From Rhizophagus irregularis (taxonomy: Eukaryota), in the NCBI RefSeq assembly GCF_026210795.1, contig NC_089432.1, forward strand, positions 2,604,001 through 2,668,000: a stretch of DNA of 64,000 bases. The letters run 5' to 3'. The notes below the pieces were generated by a model. The model made no database searches, was not told the origin of the DNA, and saw only the letters and a list, made by a program, of their open reading frames with translations. Each line of letters opens with the position of its first letter. Positions within the stretch are counted from its first letter, which is position 1. Shown in pieces: positions 27,360 through 42,332 of this stretch. The translations under genes were made by a program, and so were the position numbers.

Positions 27360-29187
27360 TGTTAGGTATACAAAATGTTGCTGCGGAATTTAATTTTACG
27401 CTTTTCAAAAATTAGAAAAAAATTCGAAATATTTTTTTTTTTTTAGTGCTATTTATAATAAAATGGTGTCACCGGACATTTCTATGTCGAAATATTTTTG
27501 ATCTTCAGCATGCAGGACTTACGGCTGAAAAAATCAGCGTATTCAGGAAAATCAATAAATTAATAAGTTCAATTTATATAATTTATATTAAAACTTTTTT
27601 TTTACCATTTTTGTAATAAAACTTATTTAGTATTATAGAAATATAGAAAACTTTGTAAAATAACGGATTTTTAATGCATTATTAAACATATGGGCGGATT
27701 TGACTCACTTGATGATCGACATTCCGATTAGTCAAATCCGCCCATATGAATGAGTCAACTTCTTCAATAAATTTTGATAGTATCAGTTGAATTAAAATAA
27801 TAGAACCACATGAAAATGTCAATTAAACTAGGAAACGGGAACCGTTGTAAGTCTGGAGCGAAAAACTAAAATTTGCGATTTCATTGGGTGAGGCGGACAG
27901 AGAAATTCACGTGATCGATTTTTTTCATAGTGCGTAGACATATATATATATTGTCCGGAGCGAAGCGAAGGACAATAAAAAATTTGCGCTCGCTACGTCA
28001 GCTTTTTTTTTCGTTTTTATACGCAAATTTTGCATTGTTACGGTTTCTTTCGAGACTATAAGTAAACATATTCATTTTTTTGCACAATTTTAAATTTAAC
28101 ACTTCAGCAAAAATATATTTCGCATACTGAAAATAAAGATGGTGTTGCTTGCCGTAAATAACAATTACGACATTAAGTTTACAATTTGGGTCGTAGTCTA
28201 ATTTCGGATTACGGTGGTACATTACGACACATGCTTAAATTCGGCCAAATTCATAATGCTGGGTCAAGCGTCGTGTCACGTGATGGTACACTAATTTCCA
28301 AAAAGGAAATTTTGTCCCCAATAAAAATTGGGGAATAAATCGTCGATCATTTGGACGACTTTACGACAACTATTACTAATCATCACGAACTTAATTGTGC
28401 TTATTTAAATCATTTAAAAAAAATTTTAACATGAGTAGATATTCGAAATTATGTGAATTTTCTTCATTTTCTTATTACTTATTTTATTCAGCTTTTATTT
28501 TATAACTTTTTCTAGTATTATTAACGTTAATCCATTTTAAAATTCTTTTAGTGTTACGCATAATTTCAAGTATAGGTTTCTAATTTTAAATTGATCGTTA
28601 AATTTAAAGTTTTATTTGTTGATTTTTGTTTAGATGTAAGAATTTATTTTGTTTTGTTTTCTCAATATTTCTTTTTTTGATAAAGAATATTTTGAAATGG
28701 AAAGATCAATTACATATTCCCAAAATTATACTTTATTGAAAAAAATAAATTAGATTCTGAATGTATAACAATTTTTTTGGAAAGGAAATCCTTGGACGAA
28801 TCCAATCTGAGAAATAACCAAGTTTTCAGTCTATTTTTGACTAAAAATATTGATAATAAATTCATCTTACTTTCTTAATTAGATTAATAATTCACATCAT
28901 TGTCCAAATTGGTCTACTTTACCTTTATTTGAATGTCAAGGTAAACGTTCAACGTAAAAGTAAATAAATCCTTATGATATGTACGATTTAATAGTTTTTT
29001 TTATTAAACCAAAACGTTATATATTTTATACTCGTATTTTGCTATATACAGTAGTATATAAAATTAAAAATTAGCATATTAAGCTTTTTTTAATACTTAA
29101 TAAATTCTTTAACGAAAATTGTACATTTCAAATAAAGCGATTAATATTTTTTTTTTTAAATTAAATTTCCTTTATGATTAAAATGTA

Positions 29188-30493
29188 CAGTGCCTGGAAA
29201 TAAGTCAGTAAGCACGTGACTGTAGATCATTTATTTGTTTAATTTTAAAACCAGTTTTGTCGATCATTTTATTATAAATTTGTCTCCAATTTTTTCCCAT
29301 GCGTTGTTTAGAACCTTCTTTAACTACTATGTCTTGCAAACGAAGAGAACTTACAATTTTTGAACGTGGAGAAGTCATTGGAGCTTGGAAATGTGGAGTA
29401 AGTGAACGAAAGATAGCTGAAGCATTAAATTGTCCCAGTTGTACCATTCATAAGGTTATTTCTACTTACAAGATACGTGGTGATGAAACACTCCCTCCTA
29501 GGACTGGAAGACCGCCTAAAATGACAGAAAGGGATGGCCGACATTTAATAAGAATTCTTAAAAAAGATAGGAAAATGACCCTTCAGGAGTTACATGAGAA
29601 TTTCGTTGATTCTACTTCCACACATGTATGCAAAAAAACTTTACTTAATTATCTTCATGAACAAGGTTTTTATAGTCGAGTAGGAGTAAGAAAACCTCTT
29701 GTTACTGAAACAAATAGAATTAAAAGACTCAACTGGGCCAAAGAACGAAAATTATGGATAAATGAGTGGGACAGTGTTATTTGGAGCGACGAATCCAAAT
29801 TTGAATTATTTAGAGGAAATGGTAGGAGATTGGTTTGGAGAAGGCCACATGAAAAATATGATATTGAGTGTTTAATACCTACAGTAAAGTCAGGTCAACA
29901 AGGAGTGATTGTTTGGGGATGTTTTTCAAAAAACAATCTTGGTCCATTAGTTAAATTAGAAGGTAAAATAACAGCCACAGTATATATGAATGTACTGGAA
30001 AATTATTTATTACCATTTATTAATAATTTAGACGATCAGGAAAATTTTATTTTTCAGGATGATAATGCCCCTATACATACTGCAAGGGTGGTTAAGAGTT
30101 GGGAAGAAGAAAATGAAGTAAACAGCCTTCCTTGGCAGAGCCCAGATTTGAATCCTATAGAGCATTTATGGGATGAATTGGAAAGGCAGGTGTGGGTACA
30201 TAAGCCATTACCAAAAAACAGGGAGAATTTATGGGAAATACTTCAAGAGGAATGGTCAAATATTGAAGCTGATAAATATCAAAATCTTATTAGTAGCATG
30301 CCTCGTCGTATCTCTGCTGTTATAAATAGTAAAGGTTACCCAACAAAGTATTAATAAAAAGTTGAAGGCTTTGTCTTTCAAATAAAAAAAAAAATATTAA
30401 ATTTGGCGTAGTAATTTATGAATTATTTAATTTTAAAAATTCGCATTAAAATTGATCAACATCACGTGCTTACTGACTTTTTTCCAGGCACTG
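29188..30493 (+). mobile_element. Full-length Tc1-family DNA transposon (1306 bp)
   Basis: 32-bp TIRs CAGTGCCTGGAAA(T/A)AAGTCAGTAAGCACGTGA with 1 mismatch; TA on both sides; single transposase ORF. Confidence 0.97.
29299..30354 (+). CDS. Tc1-like DDE transposase
   Basis: N-terminal HTH, GRPP, WSDESKF, FQDDNAPIH, SPDLNPIE. The true start may be the ATG at 29329. Confidence 0.95.
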   Translation: MRCLEPSLTTMSCKRRELTIFERGEVIGAWKCGVSERKIAEALNCPSCTIHKVISTYKIRGDETLPPRTGRPPKMTERDGRHLIRILKKDRKMTLQELHENFVDSTSTHVCKKTLLNYLHEQGFYSRVGVRKPLVTETNRIKRLNWAKERKLWINEWDSVIWSDESKFELFRGNGRRLVWRRPHEKYDIECLIPTVKSGQQGVIVWGCFSKNNLGPLVKLEGKITATVYMNVLENYLLPFINNLDDQENFIFQDDNAPIHTARVVKSWEEENEVNSLPWQSPDLNPIEHLWDELERQVWVHKPLPKNRENLWEILQEEWSNIEADKYQNLISSMPRRISAVINSKGYPTKY

Positions 30494-33400
30494 TATATAT
30501 ATGTCTTATTGTATATAAAAAAAAATGGAAATGTTTAAACCCCATTTTTACCAATAATTTTATAGTTGCTGTATATTAATAATTATTTTCACCTTTGTTT
30601 CAATGTTATCAAAAAGAATTATGATAAAAAAATGTGAAGAAATGCAAAGTTTACTTAAATAATATATTTTGCGAATAAAAATACGATTTGTCAAAATTTC
30701 TTTAGAAAACTTACAAAATTAGAAACTTTTATTACAACTCAAAATTGCAATAATAAATATCTGTCTTCCTTGGCCTTCTTATAATAAAGATTTTTATTTC
30801 GATAAAAATTAAAAAATTTGGGATCACTAAAAGTTCCCCGTGAGGTAAATATTGCAAATATTATAACAGAATCAATACTTTAATATACTAGAACAATTTT
30901 TACAATGGAACAAGCTTAATCGCAATCTTGAACGTTCAGCTCTTTATACCTAATATGAAGTCAGTACTACGGAAGTTCTATGTCATTCAATTGTTTATAC
31001 TGCGAAGAAATTTAATTAAAAATCAGCAAATTAACTGGAAAAATATTAGATTTTTTTGTTATTAGTTGCTTCTACTCCGTAGCAAAACGAAGGAACCATA
31101 CTACATTCTACGCAGGGTGGCAAAAAAAGATTCCGTCCCATTTGTCGCTACTCTCGTTAGATAGTTGATTCTTAATTTATCTTTGATAAGGTTCCCATGA
31201 TGTAATATATTCGTGATTCGTTACATTGTCAATTTAAATCTTTATGTTATCATTCCGGTTTCGATTCTCCAATTCTATATAAAGTCATATATCTAAATTT
31301 TTTTATAAAATTCTTTAAATTCTGATAATTAATCGCTTATTAGCATTTTATTTACGATTAAATTTAGTTAACTGTAAAACCATAGCAACATTACGAAATT
31401 AATTTTTTTTTAATTAAATTAACCGCTTTATCATTATCGTTATTGGTATAATAATAGACTTTCATTTCATTAATATATAAAAGAATTTTTATGAATTAAA
31501 ATAATGAAATTATGTAAACTGAAAATAAATTATTATTTTACTACACCATTTTTCGTTAGATGATTTTTTTTCGCAGGATATTATACATGTTTAATATTTT
31601 ATGTGCATGAATAAATATTCTTGGACAACTGCTGCTTTGAGCCAAAAAATCCACCACAACAAATTTAATTTGACATATACAGTAGAATTAATCTTTGATG
31701 AAATAGACAAAGCAAAAAAGATTGTATTTTGGATAGTATTATTGGTTGTACATCTTATATTCTTATATAAGACAATATGAGTGGCTGTTGAGTTATAAAT
31801 GATTTATTGATTTTACAAAGATTAAAGATTTACTAGTCAATTATTTAATTATAAAAATAATAAAAAAAGAATAATTTATACTTGATTTTAGACTAGCACA
31901 TTTCCTCATTTCCTTAACAATATTTTAATGTAAATCTGGATGGCATTTGTATGTTTCACAAATTCATCATTTTAAAATAAAGTCACATGTACTGTACATT
32001 AAAAAAAGATTTCCTTAACAACATTTTTCTCTTATAACAAATCATAACCATTTAAATAATGTTTAACTAAAAATCGAGGAGCAATAGAATATTGATTTTA
32101 CGCAAACATAAAACTATTCCAAGAAAACACCCACCTACCTGGTCTGCAGATGTATCCAGTGTACCCAGTAAGCTAAGCATCTATTGCGTATATTCATTAA
32201 TATCATAGTATTTTGTGGCATTTATAGTAAATATAATTAAGTTTATAAATGGATAAAGTACACGAGAACTCATATTTTGGACAAAAGTCCATAAAGATCA
32301 GTCTACATAAATTATTTTATAAGTTCTTGTGTTTGAAATTGAAATTTCCATGTTTCTACTTAAAATGTAAAACTAGTATTCTATTTATTAATAATCGTAC
32401 CAAAACACATCTAATCGATTTTGAGCATCTTGATATCCCTGTTTAGCGGATTCAATACCAATAAATTGCTGAATTAGTATTTTTTTCAAATCCATATCTT
32501 CTTTCGTACATCAAAGCAAGATTATCAATTGATCTTATTAACAATGTTTTTTTATATGTATACTAATTTAGCATATTTTAATATTCTTTTTTTTTAAAAA
32601 AGAATTTCACTATGCTTCATAAATATTGTTTGTCCATATGCCTAGTGGATTTGCTTATGAAAATTTTAATAATAAAATGTACTATTTAAAGCATTATTGA
32701 GAAGCATATTGTAATCATCAATAAACTTTTAAATTTGATGATAAAATAGTTCGATCTTACCAATAATATACGGAAAATCTAATCAATTTTTCTGAATATC
32801 CAAAAAATATTATTCTTTTTTTCCCATTTCTTGTTAAAAGTTATGAATCATAGAAAAGAATTTTATTACAAAACACCAAATTAGAATTATAGTTATATTA
32901 ATTATATTGTTTTATCATAAAGGATTTATCATAAATTCTTAATATGGCCCATAGTCAAGAGAAATACTAGCTATGTGTATGTAAATTTTGGAATTATTAG
33001 CAAGAATAAATATATGAATCTTAGATATAAAGTAATAATAAAATGGAAACAAGAAAGGATAACAAAATAATCAAGTGTATGAACAAGCAATTACGGAAAC
33101 AAAAGATAAATACAAAGAAATTAATAAATAAATTGTTAAATAGATGTAGATTGGCAAAAAGGTTAAAATCATATAGAATTAATATAAAATATAAAATAAA
33201 TTTGCAATATGATAAAACTAGATTCAAGTACTGAAGGTAAATACAATTATATTAATACTAGCTAATCAAAAAATAGCATGATAGGACTTAAAGCTGGCCG
33301 ATTTTTAGAAAATTCCAAATACGAAATCAGCAGGCGGGCATTCCTAAATTAAAAATGATTGCTAGTATTAATAATAACTACGGAAATTTATTCCATTATT

Positions 33401-33809
33401 ACAATACAATTTGGTTCTTTTAAATAAGGTTTAAAGTCGTTTAATTTTAAAGATTTCATTTAATTAATTAATTGAATATATATAAAATAAATGAACAAAT
33501 AAATAAATGTATTAATTAATAAGACAATTTAAGATTTTATCTAATACTATCATTCTTACTCCTACTCCTATTCTTCCACTATGGTCTTATAATTTATTAA
33601 ACAAATAAAATATAAATAAAAATTACAATTCAACTAACTATTGAAAAGAAAAAAAACATCATCCACATTTTTAAATCAAGAACAAAGCATAATTTGTAAA
33701 AAATTTTTTTTAATCCGCTCTACAGAAAACTATGTCAATTAGAATTTTGAATCATAATAGCGAAAAAAAATTCAAAAAAAATTAATAATAGAAATTACTT
33801 AATTATATT

Positions 33810-36800
33810 CTAGCCCTTGATTTTAACTTTGCCTTCAAAATCGCTATTCTGATCTAAAATAATTTAATAAATAAAAAAATAAATACATCAAATATAGGTA
33901 AAAATAAGTTTATTATAAGTATAGATGCTTACCAGACAATTGTGAAATGTCAATTTGCAGGGATTCTATCAAAAAAAAAATAAGTATTTTGTATACAATT
34001 AATTTGAATATTTTTTCATTAATCAATACCTTGAGACTCCATACTAATTTCAGAATACTTTTGCTCAGAAAGATTATTGTCATTGATTTTTAATTTTTTT
34101 AATTGAGAAATATCAATTAATAAGGATTCTAATTAAAGAATTGAAATAATATTAGTTAGTATTTTACAATTAATAAGAAATTTTATATTAATCATTACCT
34201 GAAGATTTTATGCTAATTATATCATCATTCTCTTTATAATAATCATCAGTATTTTTTGGTTCAGGAAGATTATTAAAATTAAGTAATCTACTGGTATAAA
34301 TAGCTTCTGAATGTGTTTTAAATGATATTCCTAAATTGGTTGAAATTGCACTGACCAATGTTCTACTATTGGTTATTTCTGATTCCTTAATTTGTTGTTG
34401 TATTCCTGTATAATTATCAAATTCGCTATGACCACTTAATTCCCTAAGCCATTGGCTTAACAATTTTTTAATTTCTTCTGCTTTTGGCCTATTTAATTGA
34501 TTTGCATCCAAGCATCTTTTAATTAAATTCACAATTAATTGAGGAACTCTAATATTGAATCTTGGTCTTAGTCCTTGACAAATTCTTATTGCTAAATTAT
34601 TATTATGGCTTACATCATGATATGGAGGTAATCCAGAAATTACCTCATACATAATTATACCAATACTGTAAATATCTGCAGCTTTGGTATAATCTTGGCC
34701 TCGTAAAATTTCAGGAGCAATATAAGGTAAAATACCATATATTTTATTTTTAGTATTTTCTGATGCATTATAATCTGCAGGTTTGCATAATCCCATATCA
34801 GTTATACATGTCATGCTTTTAAGCCTTAATATATTACCAATATGCAAATCTCGATGAATTAATTCTTCTTCATGAATATCTTTAAGTCCATGTGCAATGC
34901 TATGTAAATAATTAATTTTATCACTCCAACTTAATTTATCATAATTTCCATTTAAATAATTTCGCAAATTTCCACCTTCTGCATAATCTAAACCATAACA
35001 TAATTTTTTGTTTCTGGATCTTGAGTTATTCCATAAAATTTAATAATACGCTTTTGCAAGTTTAATTTGTAATGTAAGGTTATCTATATATTAAATAAGT
35101 ATTAGCACTAATAATTATAAAGATTTTAAATTTCAAATAGTAAAATAATTCACCTCATTCATAAATTCAAATGTAACATTTTTTGAATTATTTAAGCTTT
35201 TGAGTGCTACAAACATATTTTGATCTTTTCTTTTCCAATTTTGTTGTTTATTGTCCCATTCATCAATATATCCGTCAATCCATCTTGCTCTATATACTTT
35301 GCCAAACCCACCTTTTGCAATAAATTCAATATCATAAAATCTGTAGTAAGGTATCCATTCTAATGCTTTTTTGGACACATTATAATTACTATATGTTGAT
35401 AATTGGATACCTCGAATAAATTTATCAATATCTTCATTCCCACTAGTCCAATTTTTGAAGTTTTGCTGAAAATGGATTGTACTAAATACATATTTATAAT
35501 TATTGGTTTTTGGATCTTGAGTTACTCCATAAAGTATTTCAGCCTATAAATAAATTATATTAATGAAAATTTAAATTTTGAAATATTATTAATAATTAAT
35601 TTACCTCATATTTAAATTCTAATGCAATATCTGCCAAATTGTTCAAGTTTTTAAGAATTACATACATATTCTGGCCTCCTCTTTTCCAATTTTGATGTTT
35701 ATAATCCCATTCAATTATATATCCATCAATCCATTTCGCTCTATATACATCTTTTGTAATATATTCAATATCATAAAATTTATTGTAAGATATCCATTCT
35801 ATTGTTTTCTTGAATATTTCATAATCATCATGTGTTGATAACTGAGAATCTTGGATGAATTTATCAACTTTTTTATTACCACTAGTCCAATTTTTGAAAT
35901 TTTGTTGAAAATGTATTATACTACATGCATTTTTACATTTTTTACATTTATTATTCAAAACCATCATATAATTCTTAGCTTCTGAATCTTGAGTTATTCC
36001 GTAAGACATTTTAACCTATAAATAAATTATATTAATGAAAATTAAAATTTTAAAAATATTACTATTAATTAATTTACCTCATCTCTAAATTCTAATGCAA
36101 CATCTACCAGATTATTCAAGTTTTTAAGAATTACATACATATTCTGGCCTCCTCTTTTCCAATTTTGATGTTTATAATCCCATTCAATTATATATCCATC
36201 AATCCATTTCGCTCTATATACATCTTTCGTAATATATTCAATATCATAAAATTTATTGTAAGGTATCCATTCTATTGCTTTTGTGAATACTTTACAATTA
36301 TCATGTACTGATAACTGAACATCCTGAATAAATTTATCAACATCTTCATTACAACTAGTCCAATTTTGGAAGTTTTTCAAAAAATGCATTTTGCAACACA
36401 CATATTCACATTTTTCACATGTATCATTCAAAACTACTATATAGTTCTTAGTTACCAGATCTTGAGTTATCCCATAAAATTCATGAGTTATACAAAACTA
36501 TAAATAAATTATACTAGTGAAAATTAGATTTCAAAAATTTCATTAACCAATATATTAATTTACCTCATTTATAAATTCGGAACTGACATCTGTTGGACTA
36601 TTTAAGCTTTTAAGAACTACAGACATATTTTGGCCTTTTCTTTTCCAATTTTGATGTTCTTTATCCCATATGTCCATATATCCATCAGCCCATTTTGCTC
36701 TATATACTTTACAAAACTTATTTTCTGAAATATATTTAATATCATAAAATCTATTGTAAGGTATCCATTCTATTGCTTGGCATGTATAATTACTATGATC

Positions 36801-36950
36801 TGATAGCTGAGAATCTTGAATATATTTATCAATATAATTATTCCCACTAGTCCAATTTTTAAAATTTTGGTTAAACCGTTTTGCATTACATTCACTATCA
36901 CAATCACATGACTTAATCAGCTTTTTGGTAATTTTAGCAAAGAATTCCAT
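33810..36950 (-). CDS. Multi-module TKL-type kinase: three tandem partial N-lobe-like modules followed by one complete kinase domain
   Basis: Four repeats of NWTS(G/C)N..(I/V)DK(F/Y)I...EWI.Y..F.DI...VYRA.W.DG, each ending at an E|GT splice site. Only the fourth has GGFGKV and continues to HRDLHIGN, DMG, APE. Short 3' exons to a TAG at 33810 are less certain. Confidence 0.85.
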
Positions 36951-38199
36951 TGCGAACTCTCGAACTACATATAAAAAAGTAAATTTGAAAAAAAACTTTG
37001 CTAGTAGTTAAGTAGTAAGACGAAAAAAAAAATTCAGACCGATGTAAAAGTTGTACTTATGTACTAACTCGAGTGTCACGTGATTATATGAAGACCAGAC
37101 TGCGAAACTAAATAAATATGCAGTGTAAATTGACATGAAATTTGTGCGTTATAAGGACAATAGATATAAATAGATTAGTGGCGCAATTTAATACTATTTA
37201 TTTTAGGTAGACAATTTATTTTTAGTGACATTAGAATTGGAACTTAATTATAATTTATTTATTCCAAAGTCATAAAATTAGATAAATAAATGAGGGCTAA
37301 TTTGGGTTATTCATGCCAAATTATATTATGATCTAATAATATAATTTAAATTAATCCAAAACTTATGTCAAAATAAATATCAGTCAATTATAAAAAAAAA
37401 ATCATCATGAATTATCTGAAAATCTGGATATACAATATATTAATATTTTATTTAAAATAGGTTTTCTCTCTTTTTTTGCTTATTAAAATAATTTCTAATG
37501 GTCAATCCCGCTTCTCAAAAAATAATTTAGAATAAATATTAGAATAAAAATTGATTATATTTCATTATTTCTGAAAATAATTCTTGTCATTGATCAAATA
37601 TTTAAAGAACGTTTGTACTAACTTGGGTGTCACGTGATTATTATGATCAGTACTGGCGGTTTGGGTTCGCGGTTTTTAGAATTACTTTTGACTCTCGCAT
37701 AGTTTGTCATTAACTCCTTATAATTTGTAATTTGCAACCGTGACTTCATTCACGTGGAATGTAAAAATAAAAATAAAATTAAAATTAAAACTAAATAAAT
37801 ATGCAGTGTAAATTGATATGAAATTTGTGGACAAATTTTACTATAGATATAAATAGATTAGTGGCGCAGTTTAATATTTATTTTAGATAGAGTTTATTTT
37901 TAGTGATATTTTATTTAGTTTAGTGGTCCGCGATGACTTTAAACTATGAAATTTGGGGATTATGGTGGTCAGGGATGACCTTTAATAATGGTTATTATAT
38001 TGATATTTATTATAGTATTATTTATTATTTTTCATTATCATTTTATATATAGTTGAACTTGGGCAATATTTTGTATTTTCACGCACTAATAAACCTTTGT
38101 TTTACCCGAGAAGTATTTAACTGTATAGGTCGGCAAAGGATATACTAATCCTTACAGGTAATGCTGCGGGGTGGTCGTACAGCGTTTCATCGTTTCACT

Positions 38200-38770
38200 T
38201 TCGAAACAATAAAGAAATGTTACAAATTGTGAGAAATGTGGCGACAGATACACAAATGTAGAAGATAAATGGTGTAAACCATGTCAAATATGATAATCTT
38301 AAAAAAAAATTTTACAAATTGGACAAGCGGAAATGAAATATTTGATGATTTAACTCAAGAAAAAATCGAGATATTCGTGAACAAAATGAAGCTATATTTG
38401 AATGGATACCATACAATCAATTGAATGATATTAAAGGAATAAACAACGGTTTATATTTGGCAATATCGAAAGATGGTCCATTATACTATTGCCATCACGG
38501 AAAAGAATATCTTTGGTTTACCAATTATTACCAATGAATTTTAAATGAGGTATGAAATGACTTTATTTAATCCAAAATTTTCATATATATATATATCATT
38601 GTAATAATTTTTTTATTATTTATAATAAGCTAAATCATATTTTGGTTTAAATGATTTTCCAATATATGGAATATCTCAAAATCCAAATACAAAAGAATAT
38701 TTTATGGTTTTTCAAGATTATTATTGTGAAAAATATGATAAAAATATACAAATGTGAAGTTAATAAGTGT
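38200..38770 (+). pseudogene. Decayed kinase N-terminal module
   Basis: CEKCGDRYTNVEDKWCKPCQI*, NWTSGNE, FEWIPYNQL, YGISQNPNTKEY, with stops and frameshifts. Confidence 0.8.
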
Positions 38771-41700
38771 GAACTTTCAGAATTCTAAGTTATAAGTGTA
38801 GCATTACTATATTTAAATTTCCAATTAAATCAACTGCTTTAGCGTTTATTATGCCATTATTAGAATAATAGATTTTTCACTTTATTGTTAGGTAAAAGAA
38901 TTTTTTATGGATTAGAATGATTAAACGAATTATATAAACTACCTGAACTACATCATTTTTCGTTAAACGGTAAAACGGATTTATGAACTATTAAACTACA
39001 GTACACACGAGAATTATATTTTAGGTACATCAATTCCCAAGAATAAATATTCTTGGACAACTTCTTTGATCCAAATAATCCATCACAACTAATTTAATTG
39101 ATCATATAGAATTAATCTTTGATGAAATAGTCTAAGCAAAAAAAAAGTTATATTTTGGATAGTATTATTCCCTATAAAAAAATTGGATACGTTTTTTATA
39201 AAGTTTTTATACGATTTTTTTCCTTAGAAATAAAGTATCATAATAGGGATACGGAAAAATGCAGAATTCTGTATCACTAAAAATAAGGTTTGGATACGGA
39301 ATTTGCACAGGATTCATATGGAATTTACATGATTTGATCACTGATTTTATTATACGATTTGGTCACTGAATTTACTATTTGTATTACAGTTTACTATAAT
39401 TATATTTACATAAATCTAATTTTACTTTATTAAATTAAATAAAAAATAAAAAATAAACAAAATACAAATACATTATGAAAATTCCCTCCTTATTAAAACC
39501 ACCTATTGCAACCAAAATTATCTATAAGTTCAGGTTCATTTGGAGTCAAACAACCTAAAAACAAAAAATAGAAACATAATAACGTCTAACTTAATTGGAA
39601 ACAAAACCCCCCTCATGTAGTATCTGCAATCTTTCAAGTCACCAAAGGTCAGCATTCCTACAAAAAAAGAAAGAAAAAGAAACCAAAACAACAAAATAAA
39701 TCCAAAACTGACCTACAAAAAAAGAAGACTCTGAAGCAACAAAACTGTAACAACCTACAAAAGAAAAGAATCTGAACCCAACTTACAAAAAAAGGGAAAA
39801 TTTGAACTGACCTAAAAAAAGAAAAAAATCCTGAACCATCCTACAAAAAGGAAAGAACTTCCAAACTGATCTACAAAAAAGAAAAAAGAAACTGAATCTT
39901 CTCACAAAAAAATCTGCTGACCTATAAAATAAAAAAGGGGATAAATATAAATAAAAAAGAAAGAGGAATAAAGAATAAATCAAAAAATATTCTTTTAAAA
40001 AGAGGGTTAACAAAGTTAGAAAAATAAAAATTTTTTTTTTAAAGAGGAAATAGAAATAGAAAGAAGAAAATTTTTTTAAAAAAAAAGAAAAGTGGGAATA
40101 AAAGAATAAAATCAAAAAAAAAATTTTTTTTTTAAAGGAGAGTGACGAAAAAAAAATTTTTTTAAAGGTATGAAAAAAAAAATTTTTTTTTTAAAAGGGG
40201 GATGACAAAGAAAGAAGAAAAATTTAGAAAAAATAACAAAAATAAGACAAGAGAAAAGAGAAAGAAAAGGAAAGACAGAAAGGAAGAAAGGAAGATCAGA
40301 AGATCAAACTCATCAAAGTAAAAGTTTATATAAAAAACAAAAAACAAAAAACGTATCATAACAAAACAATAAACAATCACGTGATCTCGTGTTATGATAC
40401 GGGATTTTTGTAAAATTATCTTCTAAAGATATTAAGTTTAAAAATTCCATATAAATTCTGCATGATTAATTTTTTCCGTATACATTTCGTATACATTGCC
40501 GTGCAAGAAAAGCTGCCACCTTTTCCACGACAAGTGACGTTAAATTATCATTAAATAAATTAAGAACTTTAATATTTTTATGTAATAATAAACCAAGCAA
40601 TGCATTTATTTAATAAAAGTACGAATTTTGGGTTATATAATATAATATTTATTGGGTTAAAATAATTACATTGTGAAAATAAAATAATATTAAAATTAAT
40701 TATGTAAGAATAATTTCGTAATAACTATTCAAGAACTCCCTTTCACTTCTTCCAAAAGTTGCTCTTTATATAACTAATTTAAGGGTAATTATTTTTTTAG
40801 GGTTATTAATTAAAATGTTTCACTATCCTTTAATGTTACATCATAATTAATATTATTATTAATGTTTATCACCATGCGGGTCTTTGATTTTCATATTTGT
40901 TAAGAAACAAATAAAAGAAATGCTAAAACGTTTCTTAATTAAAATAAAAAAACACTTCCCATTTCTTACCTTAAAGTCCAGTTTCATGCTCAAGCCGGCA
41001 CCCTACAAAAGAAACAATTAAAAGGAACGTTAAAACGTTTCTTAAATTAAAATAAAAAAAAAATAACTCCTCCTCTTTCCCCATTTCTTACTTTAAAGTC
41101 TGTTTCATGTCCAAGCCATCACTTTACAAAAGAAACAATGAAAACAATGAAAATAAAGGCTTTGACACGAAACGCGTATAAACAAATAACTGATTGACTA
41201 ATATGACGAATTGTAAAGCCTGATCAGCCAATCAGTGATATAGGGTGAGTAATAACTGATCTCACCCCGGGGTGAGGAATAAATTTTCTCAATAAATAAT
41301 AAAAATTAAATAAAATAAAAATTTAAAAAGGCAAAAATAAACCTAAGAAAGGGGTCTGAAAGGTAGTCAGTACCTTTAAAAGACTAAAGTAGCTATGTAG
41401 ATTTGTATTTAATATTAGACTAACAATTTAATTTTAAGAAGACATTGTATAATACTGAACATATAGTAATTTATATTTAGAATATGATTATTAAATTAAA
41501 ATAATACATTATATATTTATTAGTATAATACAACTATCTATATTTGAATGATATAAATTATATTTACAATATTTACAATACAATAATGTGAAGCATATTT
41601 ACAATATGATTAAATTAGTATTACAATAACTTGATGCAAATATTAAACAAATGTTGCAGTATTAATTTATGGTTTATTTATATGTTTATAGACTCATCAC

Positions 41701-42332
41701 AAAATCAATTCTGAATAATTATCGCCGTTTTCAAAATGGTGTGTGCAGCTCGATCATCGAATATTGATTATGATGATTGGTCATGTGATCAAAACAAACA
41801 AAATTGGCCAATCAAATATTATAATGGTCATGTGACAATAAGTGGAAAAAATCATTGCTCCGCGAAAAAATTAATTTTTATTTAAAATTTTATTTGTTTT
41901 GTAATTTCAATCTCTTCTTTATACAATTACAAATTAAATCCTCATAAGGTTTCGATTTTACAATATAAAAATTCAAAATTTTCATATAGAATTTCTGTAA
42001 AGATAAAGAGAAAATAAATCAGAGTCAATATTATTATAAAAATGCTTAAATTTTTTTAAAATGACCATTTAAACTTGATAAAACTTTAGTCTAAGCAACA
42101 TCATACCTGTTAAATAACTTATTTAATTTTTAACTTAGCTCTTAACTTGTTTTGAGGCATAAAATATCTATTGTTATAAAATTATAAAAATAAGTATACA
42201 CAGTTAGATAGTCTCATTCAAATTTAATAAATCTAAATTCCAAACATTCCAATATTTACAGAAAAACTTTAAATAGCCTTCTAAAACCTTTTAACTTACC
42301 AAAAATGCTAAATTATTTTATAATAATGCAAT

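Noticed and set aside
27830..28290. GC-richer block with GGAGCGAAGCGAAGGAC, possibly a mobile-element end
   Set aside because: Could not define ends, a TSD or a coding region.
37070..37910. Local duplication of about 150 bp upstream of the multi-module kinase
   Set aside because: Real, but no function can be supported; consistent with ordinary local duplication.
39783..40380. Phe/Leu-rich minus-strand ORFs
   Set aside because: Artefacts of A-rich low-complexity sequence.
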